Source: Chthoniobacteraceae bacterium
Lineage (GTDB): Bacteria > Verrucomicrobiota > Verrucomicrobiia > Chthoniobacterales > Chthoniobacteraceae
Length of the DNA: 64,000 nt
Assembly (NCBI GenBank): GCA_037190965.1
Contig: JBBCKI010000048.1
Span: forward strand, 64,001 to 128,000
Direction of reading: 5' to 3'
Positions 47,952 through 56,975 of this stretch are shown piece by piece. The notes below the pieces were generated by a model. The model searched no databases, was not told where the DNA came from, and was given only the letters and a program-made list of their open reading frames with translations. A program made the position numbers and the translations under genes. The stretch's first letter is position 1, and each line of letters begins with the position of its first letter.

Positions 47952-47988
47952 AAGCAGCGCGGGACAGGATCCCGCGCTGCTTTTGTTT
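47952..47988 (+). terminator. intrinsic terminator after gltB
   Basis: AAGCAGCGCGGGA-CAGGA-TCCCGCGCTGCTT followed by TTGTTT. Confidence 0.8.
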
Positions 47989-48010
47989 GTGCGATTCACG
48001 ACGCTCCCTT

Positions 48011-49813
48011 TTACCGCCCGATTTCCGGCTGCTCTTCTTTCCTCGCCGTTTCGGCCAAGGCGAGCATCAAATCGGTTTTCGACAAGCTCCCCAGCAGGCG
48101 GCCATCCGTTGCCGTTACCGGAATGCGTTCGCCCTCGTGCTTTGAAAATCGTTCGAGCGCCTCCGCAAAACTCGCATTCGGAGTAATGGTGGGGAAATTT
48201 CGCCGCTCGATATCGCGCGCAATCACCAGCAGCGCGAGGTTTGGATCGTTAAGATAGCTTTTGATGTCGTGGAGGGAAATGACGCCCCTGAATCGCCCAC
48301 GTTCATCCACCACGTAGAGATAGCTGAAGCGATTATCGACAAACCTCTCGGCGATCTCCGCGAAACGTGCTGACTCCCGGACCGACACCGGGTCTCTGCG
48401 CATGATTCCGGCGACAGGCATCTTTGCAATCTCGAGGGCAAAGCGCCCCGCGCCTTTCTCTTTCAGCGAATGTGCATAGATCGAATTCGGCTCAATGGAA
48501 CGACTGAGGTAATGCGCCACGACACAGGCGCTCATAAGCGGGAGGATCATTTGATAGTCCAACGTCAGCTCAAAGAGCATGATGATCGCCATGAGCGGCG
48601 CGTGCGTCGTTGCGGAAAGGAAGGCCCCCATTCCAACCAGCGTAAATTCGGCAAGCGGGAGTGGCTGTCCCGGCCAAACCGGCCCCAGCGCACCCGCGAA
48701 AAGATTTCCCACACATGCCCCCATAAAAAGCGTCGGCGTAAAGACACCGCCGACCGCGCCAGAGCCAAAAGTGGCGGCGGTTGCGAGGATCTTGAGAATC
48801 AGGATCACAACCAGCAGCTTCCAGGCGTATGCTCCATGCAAGATACCGCTGACGACACTGTATCCGTTGCCGCTGACTTCAGGCATCACTGTAGCGAACA
48901 ATCCGACCACCGCGCCGCCCGCTGCAAGACGCAGAAATGCCGGGCCCGGGAGCTTTGCGAAAAGCTGTTCACTACGCCCGAGCAATCGAAGGAACATGGG
49001 AGCAATCAGGCCCGCGAGGAGGCCCAGCCCCAAATACGGCACCATCTCCCAGCCGAAGCCGGCCTCACCGGGCGATGTAGTGATCTGGTAAACCGGGGCA
49101 CTGCCGAGAAAATGACGCGTGGTGAGTGTCGCCACAACGGACGCAAATACCAGCGGCCCGAAGCTCTCCATCGCCAGTGATCGCAGGACGATCTCCGCGA
49201 CGAAGAGGGCCCCCGCGATCGGAGCATTATAAGCGGAGGCGATGCCCGCCGCCGCGCCGCACGCGACGAAAAGCCGCAGGCGAACCGTGGAAATGCGCTG
49301 GATACGCCCAATCAACGAAGCAACCATCGCCGAAAGCTGAACCAGCGGGCCTTCGCGGCCAATGGAAGCCCCGGAAGCGATCGAGAAGAGCGCGGAGAGC
49401 GATTTCACAAGGCTCACACGCGAAGAGATGACGCCATTGCCCAGCACGATGGCTTCCATGTAATCCGTGCTACTCTTGGCCCGCGCCGCAAACCGGCTCG
49501 CAAAGCGGAGGGTGACGCCCGCCAATGCACCACCCAGGCACGGAAGAAGCAGCCGCTGCCACCAGGCGAGCCGCGAAAAACTTTCCACAAGCCCACCCTT
49601 AAACCCGGTGAAAAGCCAATGAACCAACCCGGTCGCATCGCGAAAAAATACCGACACCAAAGCACCGAGAAACCCGATCACCCCCGCCCAGAAGAGCGTT
49701 GCCTGCAGTTCAGTAAGCCGGAGAGTTTCGGAAACCCGGAGCCAAAATTTAAGCAGCGAAACCCTCCAACGGGCCCATCGAGAGCAGGCAGGTGCAGGCG
49801 CCTCATTCATCAC
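48011..49813 (-). CDS. ClcB-like ClC chloride channel/transporter with a CBS pair
   Basis: DYMEA, SIGREGP, AYNAPIAG, GGVFTP and SIY motifs; C-terminal CBS domains. Confidence 0.92.
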   Translation of the reverse strand: MMNEAPAPACSRWARWRVSLLKFWLRVSETLRLTELQATLFWAGVIGFLGALVSVFFRDATGLVHWLFTGFKGGLVESFSRLAWWQRLLLPCLGGALAGVTLRFASRFAARAKSSTDYMEAIVLGNGVISSRVSLVKSLSALFSIASGASIGREGPLVQLSAMVASLIGRIQRISTVRLRLFVACGAAAGIASAYNAPIAGALFVAEIVLRSLAMESFGPLVFASVVATLTTRHFLGSAPVYQITTSPGEAGFGWEMVPYLGLGLLAGLIAPMFLRLLGRSEQLFAKLPGPAFLRLAAGGAVVGLFATVMPEVSGNGYSVVSGILHGAYAWKLLVVILILKILATAATFGSGAVGGVFTPTLFMGACVGNLFAGALGPVWPGQPLPLAEFTLVGMGAFLSATTHAPLMAIIMLFELTLDYQMILPLMSACVVAHYLSRSIEPNSIYAHSLKEKGAGRFALEIAKMPVAGIMRRDPVSVRESARFAEIAERFVDNRFSYLYVVDERGRFRGVISLHDIKSYLNDPNLALLVIARDIERRNFPTITPNASFAEALERFSKHEGERIPVTATDGRLLGSLSKTDLMLALAETARKEEQPEIGR

Positions 49814-50180
49814 ACCCGAGAAAAGGGGCTCTTCGGCTTGCTTTAAAGACTTTTTTCACAGCCACCTTGCATCGCTCCGTCCGTAGAGTCGAGCGGGTAT
49901 TGGTCTACTTTCATGGGTATCCTTACCTCTCGATTCTTAGTTTACCTTACTGGAACCGGCGTTCACGTATCACTCATTCATCATATCTTTACCCATGATA
50001 AAGAAGTATCTCTGCGTCCATCTTTGCCTCGGGGCGCGTGCACCCGGCCAAATACTTCGACGGGACGGGCTAGGTTTCTGCATAGGAATATGCACGATGC
50101 CAGGATCAAGGATAGTCTGATCGCTATTATCTTGTACCTAGTAAAATCGTATTTACAGTGATTCCAAAATCCCAAAAGCT

Positions 50181-52727
50181 ATGAACACAAAACGCTCGAC
50201 TGTTTATGTAGTGGCTGTCGTTGGATTATCGGGAAGTCTCTTCCCCACTCTTTTCCCATTCGGCGCGGCGACCGCCTATGCCCAATTGGCGACCCCCAGC
50301 GCTCTTCCGGGCGGAGTCACTCTGACTCAACCGACTTCCTCCATTCTCCTTACTCCTGGCGAGATCACCGGGCTGCAAACCTGGTGGAACAGCCCCGCGT
50401 CGACCTACCAAACAAATGTCAAAACGGATGTCAACAATACCGCCAATGGCACATTGGTCATGGCAGTGCCATCGACGCTGGCCGACACCGAAGCCCAAGC
50501 CTCCAACGCCCAGGCCAAAGCGCTCCGATGGCTGCTGACCGGCGGTGGCAATACCAGCTTGCCGGATTTTGTCAATGTTCGCAATGTATTGACCAACTAT
50601 GCAGGTATCGGCACCGGCAGTTCGGGAATTACCGCCCCCCTGGTGTCCAAAGGCTATTTTGTGGCTTATGATTTCATCAATTCGGGCCTGACTGCTCCGG
50701 AACGCACCGCGATTCTCGCCCGCCTGGGTGGTTCCAATGTCTTGGGAAAATTCGGCACTCCCTCCAACAATAATAACCAAACCTTCATCAACTACGGTGC
50801 CAGGGGGCTCTGCGCCCTTCTTGCAGGTAATACAGCCAACCTGAACTCCGCCCTGAACAGCCTTAGATCCGGCTATACCAACAACACCACTAATGATGGC
50901 TTTCTCACGGATGGCGATCGCTATTTCAATTATACCATGGGGCCAATGGCTCCCTTTCTGAACGCCTACCGGAATGGATCGGGCGATGCAGCCGGCACGG
51001 CCCAATTCGTCAATGTAGCCGAACAACATGCCCAGTATGCCTTGGGAATCCGGATGCCCAACGGCCTTTCGCCGTCATTCCACAATAGCGATAACGTGCC
51101 ACTCGCCATCCAGGAGCTTTCACGCTGCATCGCCGATTCTCAACTCAGGGCTGCCGTTCTTTGGTATGCCGAGGCACTAGGCAGTTTTTCATGGTCGGGA
51201 TGGACCAACGCACTCAACAACCAGAATGGCTGGACAGACCTCTTTTGGACGGTGGCAACCGATGTCGCCCCTGCGGCCCCGACATGGTCTCCCACCTATT
51301 TCTCCGGCGGGCAGGCAAAGATCTCTGTCTTTCGCAATGACTGGGGCACGGGTAGCAACTACCTGGCATTAACGGCGGGCATCGATAACCCCTCGAGCTT
51401 CGCCCAGCATGATACAGGAGCGATCACGCTCGTCGCTGAAGGAACTCAAGTCCTGGTCGAACCCGGCTATTCCCGCTACAACGGATTTCTGGGGATCGGA
51501 GCCGACTCCGCGATGCCGAACACTCCGGCCGGGGGCAGCCCCAATCTCGTGACCTCCAACGCCATCGAACACAATGTTCTTCTTGCCAAGAATACCGGCG
51601 GCAGTTCCTGGGGAATCGGCGACGGCAATTCCCAGGGAATCACGACGACGAATACCACCGTCACCAATCGACTCGATTCCACGGAGCGCGGCAGTTTCAA
51701 AGGCGTAGCCGATTTCTCCACGCTACGGACCACCTATGGCGGTTCTGGCGCTGGCTCCAATGTTCAAGTCCGGCGTTCCACCGCCATGATCAATGAATCG
51801 TCCATCGACCGGGGTTACTTCAGTATGGCCGATTCGTTCCGCCGCACTAACGCGACCAACAAAGATATCGCCCTCAACCTGATCGGCAAATCGACCGCTG
51901 CCAACACCGCCATCGTGGCCAATACGGCCACCTACAAAAAGATTCGCTGGACGGTCGATACCTACCTCGGAACCTACAGCGTGACGAACAATCCCGGGTT
52001 GCCATCCAGCCTGATCCTCGGATTCCCGTATAACCAAACGATCGACGGGCAGGTCATTGCCCATATCGTTTCCAGTGGATCAATGAACGCGGTGGGACAG
52101 GATACTTCGTGGATGATTGAAAACTGGGGTGTTTTCATCCAGACCCAGCGGATGCGCGTTTCGCTGACCAACATCGACCGCGGAGCGTTCCTGTCTCTCT
52201 TCGAGACCGGTGCAGCCAATGCCGCCAGCCGCTGGACGGTGACCCCTCTGTCAGGCACCGACTACGCCGCCGCCCGGATCGTCTCACTGGATGGCTGGAC
52301 CGACTGGCATCTCTCGCAAACCTCCTCAACCAACGTCCACGCGACATCCGCTGGAGCGAGCGTCTCCATCGACAGCGGAGCATTGGTCTCCGATGCGCAG
52401 TATGCCTACCTCCGAAAAGTGGCAAGCACCCTGGACAGCGCCATGGTCTCCCGAGGCACAACGCTCTCCTCTGCGGGCACGCTCATCTTTAGCTCAAGCA
52501 ACCCGGTTACCACGTCGCTCCTGTTCTCTAATCTGGCAGGGGGAACGATCTCCGGAACCATTTCGATGGACGATTACACCAACGGGACTGTGCTGACGTT
52601 CAATCTTCCGGGGCCAATCACCAGCGTCACTTACAACGGTGCCGCTCTGGCCATTTTTACCGCCAGCACGGTCACGATTCCCTCTGTTGCGGGCGTCGAG
52701 AGTGCTTCGTTTATCATTAACTTCTAG
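50181..52727 (+). CDS. secreted heparinase II/III-like (polysaccharide lyase fold) protein
   Basis: Signal peptide (AYA-Q); DGFLTDGDRYFNY, MPNG..P.FHNS, VFRNDW, HDTGAITL...LVEPGY and EHNVL motifs in family order. Confidence 0.65.
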   Translation: MNTKRSTVYVVAVVGLSGSLFPTLFPFGAATAYAQLATPSALPGGVTLTQPTSSILLTPGEITGLQTWWNSPASTYQTNVKTDVNNTANGTLVMAVPSTLADTEAQASNAQAKALRWLLTGGGNTSLPDFVNVRNVLTNYAGIGTGSSGITAPLVSKGYFVAYDFINSGLTAPERTAILARLGGSNVLGKFGTPSNNNNQTFINYGARGLCALLAGNTANLNSALNSLRSGYTNNTTNDGFLTDGDRYFNYTMGPMAPFLNAYRNGSGDAAGTAQFVNVAEQHAQYALGIRMPNGLSPSFHNSDNVPLAIQELSRCIADSQLRAAVLWYAEALGSFSWSGWTNALNNQNGWTDLFWTVATDVAPAAPTWSPTYFSGGQAKISVFRNDWGTGSNYLALTAGIDNPSSFAQHDTGAITLVAEGTQVLVEPGYSRYNGFLGIGADSAMPNTPAGGSPNLVTSNAIEHNVLLAKNTGGSSWGIGDGNSQGITTTNTTVTNRLDSTERGSFKGVADFSTLRTTYGGSGAGSNVQVRRSTAMINESSIDRGYFSMADSFRRTNATNKDIALNLIGKSTAANTAIVANTATYKKIRWTVDTYLGTYSVTNNPGLPSSLILGFPYNQTIDGQVIAHIVSSGSMNAVGQDTSWMIENWGVFIQTQRMRVSLTNIDRGAFLSLFETGAANAASRWTVTPLSGTDYAAARIVSLDGWTDWHLSQTSSTNVHATSAGASVSIDSGALVSDAQYAYLRKVASTLDSAMVSRGTTLSSAGTLIFSSSNPVTTSLLFSNLAGGTISGTISMDDYTNGTVLTFNLPGPITSVTYNGAALAIFTASTVTIPSVAGVESASFIINF

Positions 52728-52769
52728 TGGAGAGCCGTACGACTTTCGTTAACCGACATCTTCCATTTG

Positions 52770-52844
52770 GCGGGGATGGACGTGACATGCGTCGCGTCGG
52801 CTCTCCATCTCCCGCGCCCTCGGCGAGAGCGGGAGTGGGTTACC
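52770..52844 (+). repeat. degenerate right half of the REPIN-like element
   Basis: GCGGGGATGGACG spacer motif plus TCCCGCGCCCTCGGCGAGAGCGGG...TTACC. Confidence 0.6.
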
Positions 52845-52927
52845 AGTAGGCTCCGTGATTTCGACCTTTGTTCCGAGAACTCGAATCAGGTCGAAGCGCC
52901 ACTCTGCGAAAGCTCGCTGGGGAGCAC

Positions 52928-53521
52928 CTACTCACCCACCCGCTTCTTGAAAAATTCGTTAAAATCAGTGCCTTTTGCCTTATTGGCCGCTCTCTCCTGC
53001 GAAAATTTCCTGTCCAAATCGGCCAAGACCTTTTGAGGGCCGACATACTCTCCGCCCACATAGCTACTCATCACTACCTTACCGTCGGCATCCAGGACGA
53101 CCAGGTTGGGAATTCCGTTACCACCGTATTTTTTGAGGACGAATCGCTTCTCATAATCGATCACGGGCCATGGCATCCGCGCCTCTTTCATATAGCCGAC
53201 CATCGCGGACTGCGATTTGTCGCTACTGCAAAACACCAATTCAAATTCCGGGTGATTCTTCTTCACCCGATTATAAAATTGAACAAGATCCGGCGTGAAC
53301 GCGCGGCAAGGCGGACACCAGTGCGCTGAAAAATAGATCGCGATGAGCTTGGCTTTATCGAGGTTGCTTTCGTCATACGCTTGAAGGTCATTGCGCTCCA
53401 GTGAGAACAACGCCCCCTTGAGGGAATCCGATACGGTGCCCGCCTGAAGCGGACTCAATGCAGATCCCAACCAGCAAGCGGTCACAGTGAATAAGGTTTT
53501 AAACAACGTGCTGTTTTTCAT
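52928..53521 (-). CDS. exported nucleoredoxin/tryparedoxin-like thioredoxin
   Basis: IYFSAHWCPPCRAFTP, ELVFCSSD, MPWP and GIP motifs; signal peptide. Confidence 0.88.
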   Translation of the reverse strand: MKNSTLFKTLFTVTACWLGSALSPLQAGTVSDSLKGALFSLERNDLQAYDESNLDKAKLIAIYFSAHWCPPCRAFTPDLVQFYNRVKKNHPEFELVFCSSDKSQSAMVGYMKEARMPWPVIDYEKRFVLKKYGGNGIPNLVVLDADGKVVMSSYVGGEYVGPQKVLADLDRKFSQERAANKAKGTDFNEFFKKRVGE

Positions 53522-53670
53522 GGGGTGTCCTTTTTTTGATCCGTCACTAAACGCCCCCGGATGATGACTGAAACCGGATTCAATGGCAATGAAGCTTTCA
53601 AAGGAAAAACAAGCTTTTCGGAGTTTCGAATGAGCTTCCGGGAACCCTCCTTGACGCTATAATGGGCAAA

Positions 53671-54369
53671 ATGTCGAAAACCACCGCCTCTTCAAAAACG
53701 GGAAGGTCAAAGGCTACCGAGTATGTAATGGCGGCCCCGGCAACCTCCGCGCCACGAAACGCTCGCGCGACGCAGACGCGCGGGCGGATTCTCCAGACCG
53801 CCATCCGCCTCTTTTCGCAAAAGGGATATGACGGGGCGAGCGTGGACGAGATTGTCGCCCGCGCAAAGGTCAATAAGCGGATGGTTTACCACTATTTCAA
53901 GAACAAGGAGGGCCTCTATGCCGCCGCGCTGGAGCAGGTGTTCGAGCGGCTCGCCAATGTGGAAGCCAAAATTTTTCACGACCAACCCAGCGCCGACCTC
54001 GCCATCGAACGGATTACCACGGCTTATTTCGGGTTCCTGCACAAGAACCCGGAGTTCTTCGCCCTGCTGCATTGGGAAAACCTTCAGGGTGGCAAACATC
54101 TCAAGGCGCTCCCGGCGTCCGTCACCAAAGCCCCCCTTCTGGAAGCGCTGGGCCGCGTCATCGACGAAGGAATTGCCTCCGGCCAAATTCGCCCCGAGAT
54201 CGACAAGCGGCACATGCTGATCGACCTGATCGGCATCTGCATGATCTACTTTTCCAACCGGCACACCCTCTCCCGCACCGTCGGCCTCGACATGGAAGAC
54301 CCGGGCACTCTCAAGGAAGGGCTGCGGCATGCGCTCTCGCTGATCCGCCACGGGTTTTTGAAAGCCTAG
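53671..54369 (+). CDS. TetR family regulator
   Basis: ILQTAIRLFSQKGYDGASVDEIVARAKVNKRMVYHYFKNKEGLY; start uncertain (53662, 53671 or 53728). Confidence 0.93.
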   Translation: MSKTTASSKTGRSKATEYVMAAPATSAPRNARATQTRGRILQTAIRLFSQKGYDGASVDEIVARAKVNKRMVYHYFKNKEGLYAAALEQVFERLANVEAKIFHDQPSADLAIERITTAYFGFLHKNPEFFALLHWENLQGGKHLKALPASVTKAPLLEALGRVIDEGIASGQIRPEIDKRHMLIDLIGICMIYFSNRHTLSRTVGLDMEDPGTLKEGLRHALSLIRHGFLKA

Positions 54370-54385
54370 CGTTACATTCCCTCCT

Positions 54386-54727
54386 ATGACACAAGAACCG
54401 AGTCCCGAGATAAAGCCCCTCTCTTTCACCAAAAGAGAAGCCCGATTTCTCGGAGGCCTCGCACTTTTTGGCGCGTTGATTCCCAATGGAATTTTCTGTT
54501 ATTACTTTTTCACAGCCCCCGAAGTCACCAAAGACGCTCTCAGCAACCCTATTTCTTTGGTATTTATCATCGAAGCATTTATCCTGATGGCTCTCTTTGC
54601 CTGGCTGCTTCGAAAAACCGTCAGGAACGGAGTTGGTGCGACACGCTTTGTAGTCATGTCTTTACTGGGAAGCATGGTTTTCAGTATTCCCGCCACCCTC
54701 TATCTGATGTTTCGCAAAGAGCGGTGA
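54386..54727 (+). CDS. small membrane protein (possibly DUF2834-like)
   Basis: Three hydrophobic segments; NPIS and SIPATLYL motifs. Confidence 0.6.
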   Translation: MTQEPSPEIKPLSFTKREARFLGGLALFGALIPNGIFCYYFFTAPEVTKDALSNPISLVFIIEAFILMALFAWLLRKTVRNGVGATRFVVMSLLGSMVFSIPATLYLMFRKER

Positions 54728-54899
54728 AATCTCTCGACAGCCTCCCCTCTTTCAACGGCAAAACGGTCGTCAGCAAGGAGTGGAGGAATAGCCGATGCGG
54801 TGTTCTCCATGATCGAAGTCACCGTTTTTAGAGGGGAGATTGGGGGTTGCCCCCTCTGCCTTGACAACCCCGCGCTTTCTCCATCACCCTGCCCCCGCC

Positions 54900-56723
54900 G
54901 TGAAAAATCTACTGGGAACCCTCAAGGCGGCTTTTGGCTATGACGCCTTCCGGCCCCACCAGCGCGAGATCATCGAGGCCTCACTGGCGGGGCGCGATGT
55001 CTTTGCCCTGCTGCCCACCGGCGGCGGCAAATCGCTCTGTTTCCAGATTCCAGCGCTGCATCGTGACGGGCTGACCATCGTGGTCTCGCCGCTGGTCGCC
55101 TTGATGAAGGACCAGGTCGACCAACTCGCCGCCTCCGGGATCGCGGCCACTTATCTCAATTCCACGCTGACTGCCGCCGAAGCGCGCGCGCGGCTGCGGG
55201 GGCTGCACCAGGGCGAGTATCGGCTCCTCTACGTCGCGCCGGAGCGGCTCATGCTGGAGGACTGGAAGGAGAACCTCCTTTCATGGCACGTCACCGCGTT
55301 TGCCATCGACGAAGCGCATTGCATCTCCGAATGGGGCCATGACTTCCGCCCCGAGTATCGCCTGCTCGCGCAACTGCGCGACCTGCTGCCGCATGTCCCG
55401 ATGATGGCGCTCACAGCCACGGCCACGCCCCGCGTGCGCGAAGACATCGTCCGGGCGTTGCGCCTGCGCGATCCCGCCATCTTCGTCGCCAGCTTCAACC
55501 GGCCCAACCTGGCGTACCGCGTCATCCCGAAGGATAAGCCGCTTTCACAAATTCTCGAATTCATCGGCACGCGCACCCGGGAGAGCGGCATCGTCTACTG
55601 CGCCTCGCGAGCCGCCGCCGAGCGGGCCGCCGAAGCCATCGCCGCCAAGGGCTACAAGGCGCGCCCCTACCATGCCGGGCTCGATGCGAAGACCCGCGCG
55701 CAGAATCAGGAGCTTTTCCTGCGCGACGACGTCCGCATCATCTGCGCGACCATCGCCTTCGGCATGGGGATCAACAAACCCAACGTTCGCTGGGTCATTC
55801 ATTACGATCTACCCAAGAACATCGAAGGCTATTATCAGGAGACAGGCCGCGCCGGACGTGACGGGCTCCCCGGCGAATGCCTCCTGCTCTTCAGCCCGGG
55901 CGATGCCGCCAAGCAGACTCATTTCCTCGACGAGATCACCGACCCCGAAGAACAACAGAACGCCCGCACCCAGCTTCGCAAGATCATTCATTACGCGGAG
56001 ACGAGCGCGTGCCGCCGCGCGGAGTTGCTCGATTACTTCGGCGAAACCTACGTGTCCCCCTCCGCCAATGGCTGCGGCGGGTGCGACAACTGCCTGGAAC
56101 CCCGCCAGACCTACGACGGCACCCTTGCCGCGCAAAAGCTCCTCTCGTGCGTCTACCGGGTGGCGCAGGCGAGCGATTTCGGCGTCGGCCTCAACCACAT
56201 CATCGAAGTCCTCACCGGGGCCTCGACCGAAAAAGTCCGCCGCTGGGGCCACGACAAACTCACCACCTACGGCATCGGCAAAGAGACTTCACGTTCCGAA
56301 TGGGGAGCCATCGGGCGGGAACTGATGCGGCTGGGCTACCTTGCGCAGGCTCCCGGCGAATTTCCGACGCTGGAACTCACCCGCGAAGGAATCGACTTCC
56401 TCCGCACCCGGAGTTCCGTAACGCTCACCCGCCCGCTCGTCATTCCCAAGGCCCGGCGCTCCGAATCACGGGATGGCGCGATCATCTGCGACGAGCGTCT
56501 CTTCGAACGCCTCCGTTCCCTCCGAAGGGAGATCGCCGACGAAAAAGGGGTCCCTGCCTACGTCATCTTCGGCGATAATACCCTGCGCCAGATGGCCCGG
56601 GATTATCCGGAGGACGAGGACGAGATGCGCGAGATCAGCGGCGTCGGCGAGAAGAAACTCGCGGAATTCGGCGAACTATTCATCGACGCGATTGTGGAGT
56701 ATATGGAAGAGACGGGACGATGA
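54900..56723 (+). CDS. recQ: DNA helicase RecQ
   Basis: PTGGGKS, DEAHCISEWGHDFR, QETGRAGRDG motifs, Zn-binding cysteines, RQC and HRDC domains; GTG start. Confidence 0.96.
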   Translation: MKNLLGTLKAAFGYDAFRPHQREIIEASLAGRDVFALLPTGGGKSLCFQIPALHRDGLTIVVSPLVALMKDQVDQLAASGIAATYLNSTLTAAEARARLRGLHQGEYRLLYVAPERLMLEDWKENLLSWHVTAFAIDEAHCISEWGHDFRPEYRLLAQLRDLLPHVPMMALTATATPRVREDIVRALRLRDPAIFVASFNRPNLAYRVIPKDKPLSQILEFIGTRTRESGIVYCASRAAAERAAEAIAAKGYKARPYHAGLDAKTRAQNQELFLRDDVRIICATIAFGMGINKPNVRWVIHYDLPKNIEGYYQETGRAGRDGLPGECLLLFSPGDAAKQTHFLDEITDPEEQQNARTQLRKIIHYAETSACRRAELLDYFGETYVSPSANGCGGCDNCLEPRQTYDGTLAAQKLLSCVYRVAQASDFGVGLNHIIEVLTGASTEKVRRWGHDKLTTYGIGKETSRSEWGAIGRELMRLGYLAQAPGEFPTLELTREGIDFLRTRSSVTLTRPLVIPKARRSESRDGAIICDERLFERLRSLRREIADEKGVPAYVIFGDNTLRQMARDYPEDEDEMREISGVGEKKLAEFGELFIDAIVEYMEETGR

Positions 56724-56975
56724 GGGAAATTTTTCCACCCTCTGATGAAATTCGATCTCGGTTTTCGATCATCTCGGCAAAGCTCGATGCAGGCTTTCCG
56801 TCCTTATCTCCTTCCCTGACCAATGCGGCATCAAACGCACCCTTCTCTCTGTAAAAAGCGGCTGGTGTAACCGGGCCGAGTGTATTATGGCTTCTCTTAA
56901 AGGAGCCAAGGACCCGAGACGTCACCCGCCCGTGGCGCCATCCACCCTTAAAGTAAAACGGAACCGACACCCAGC

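Noticed and set aside
49913..50175. Small ORFs in the AT-rich spacer before the 848-aa gene
   Set aside because: Overlapping on both strands with atypical codon usage and no motifs; more likely a divergent promoter region.
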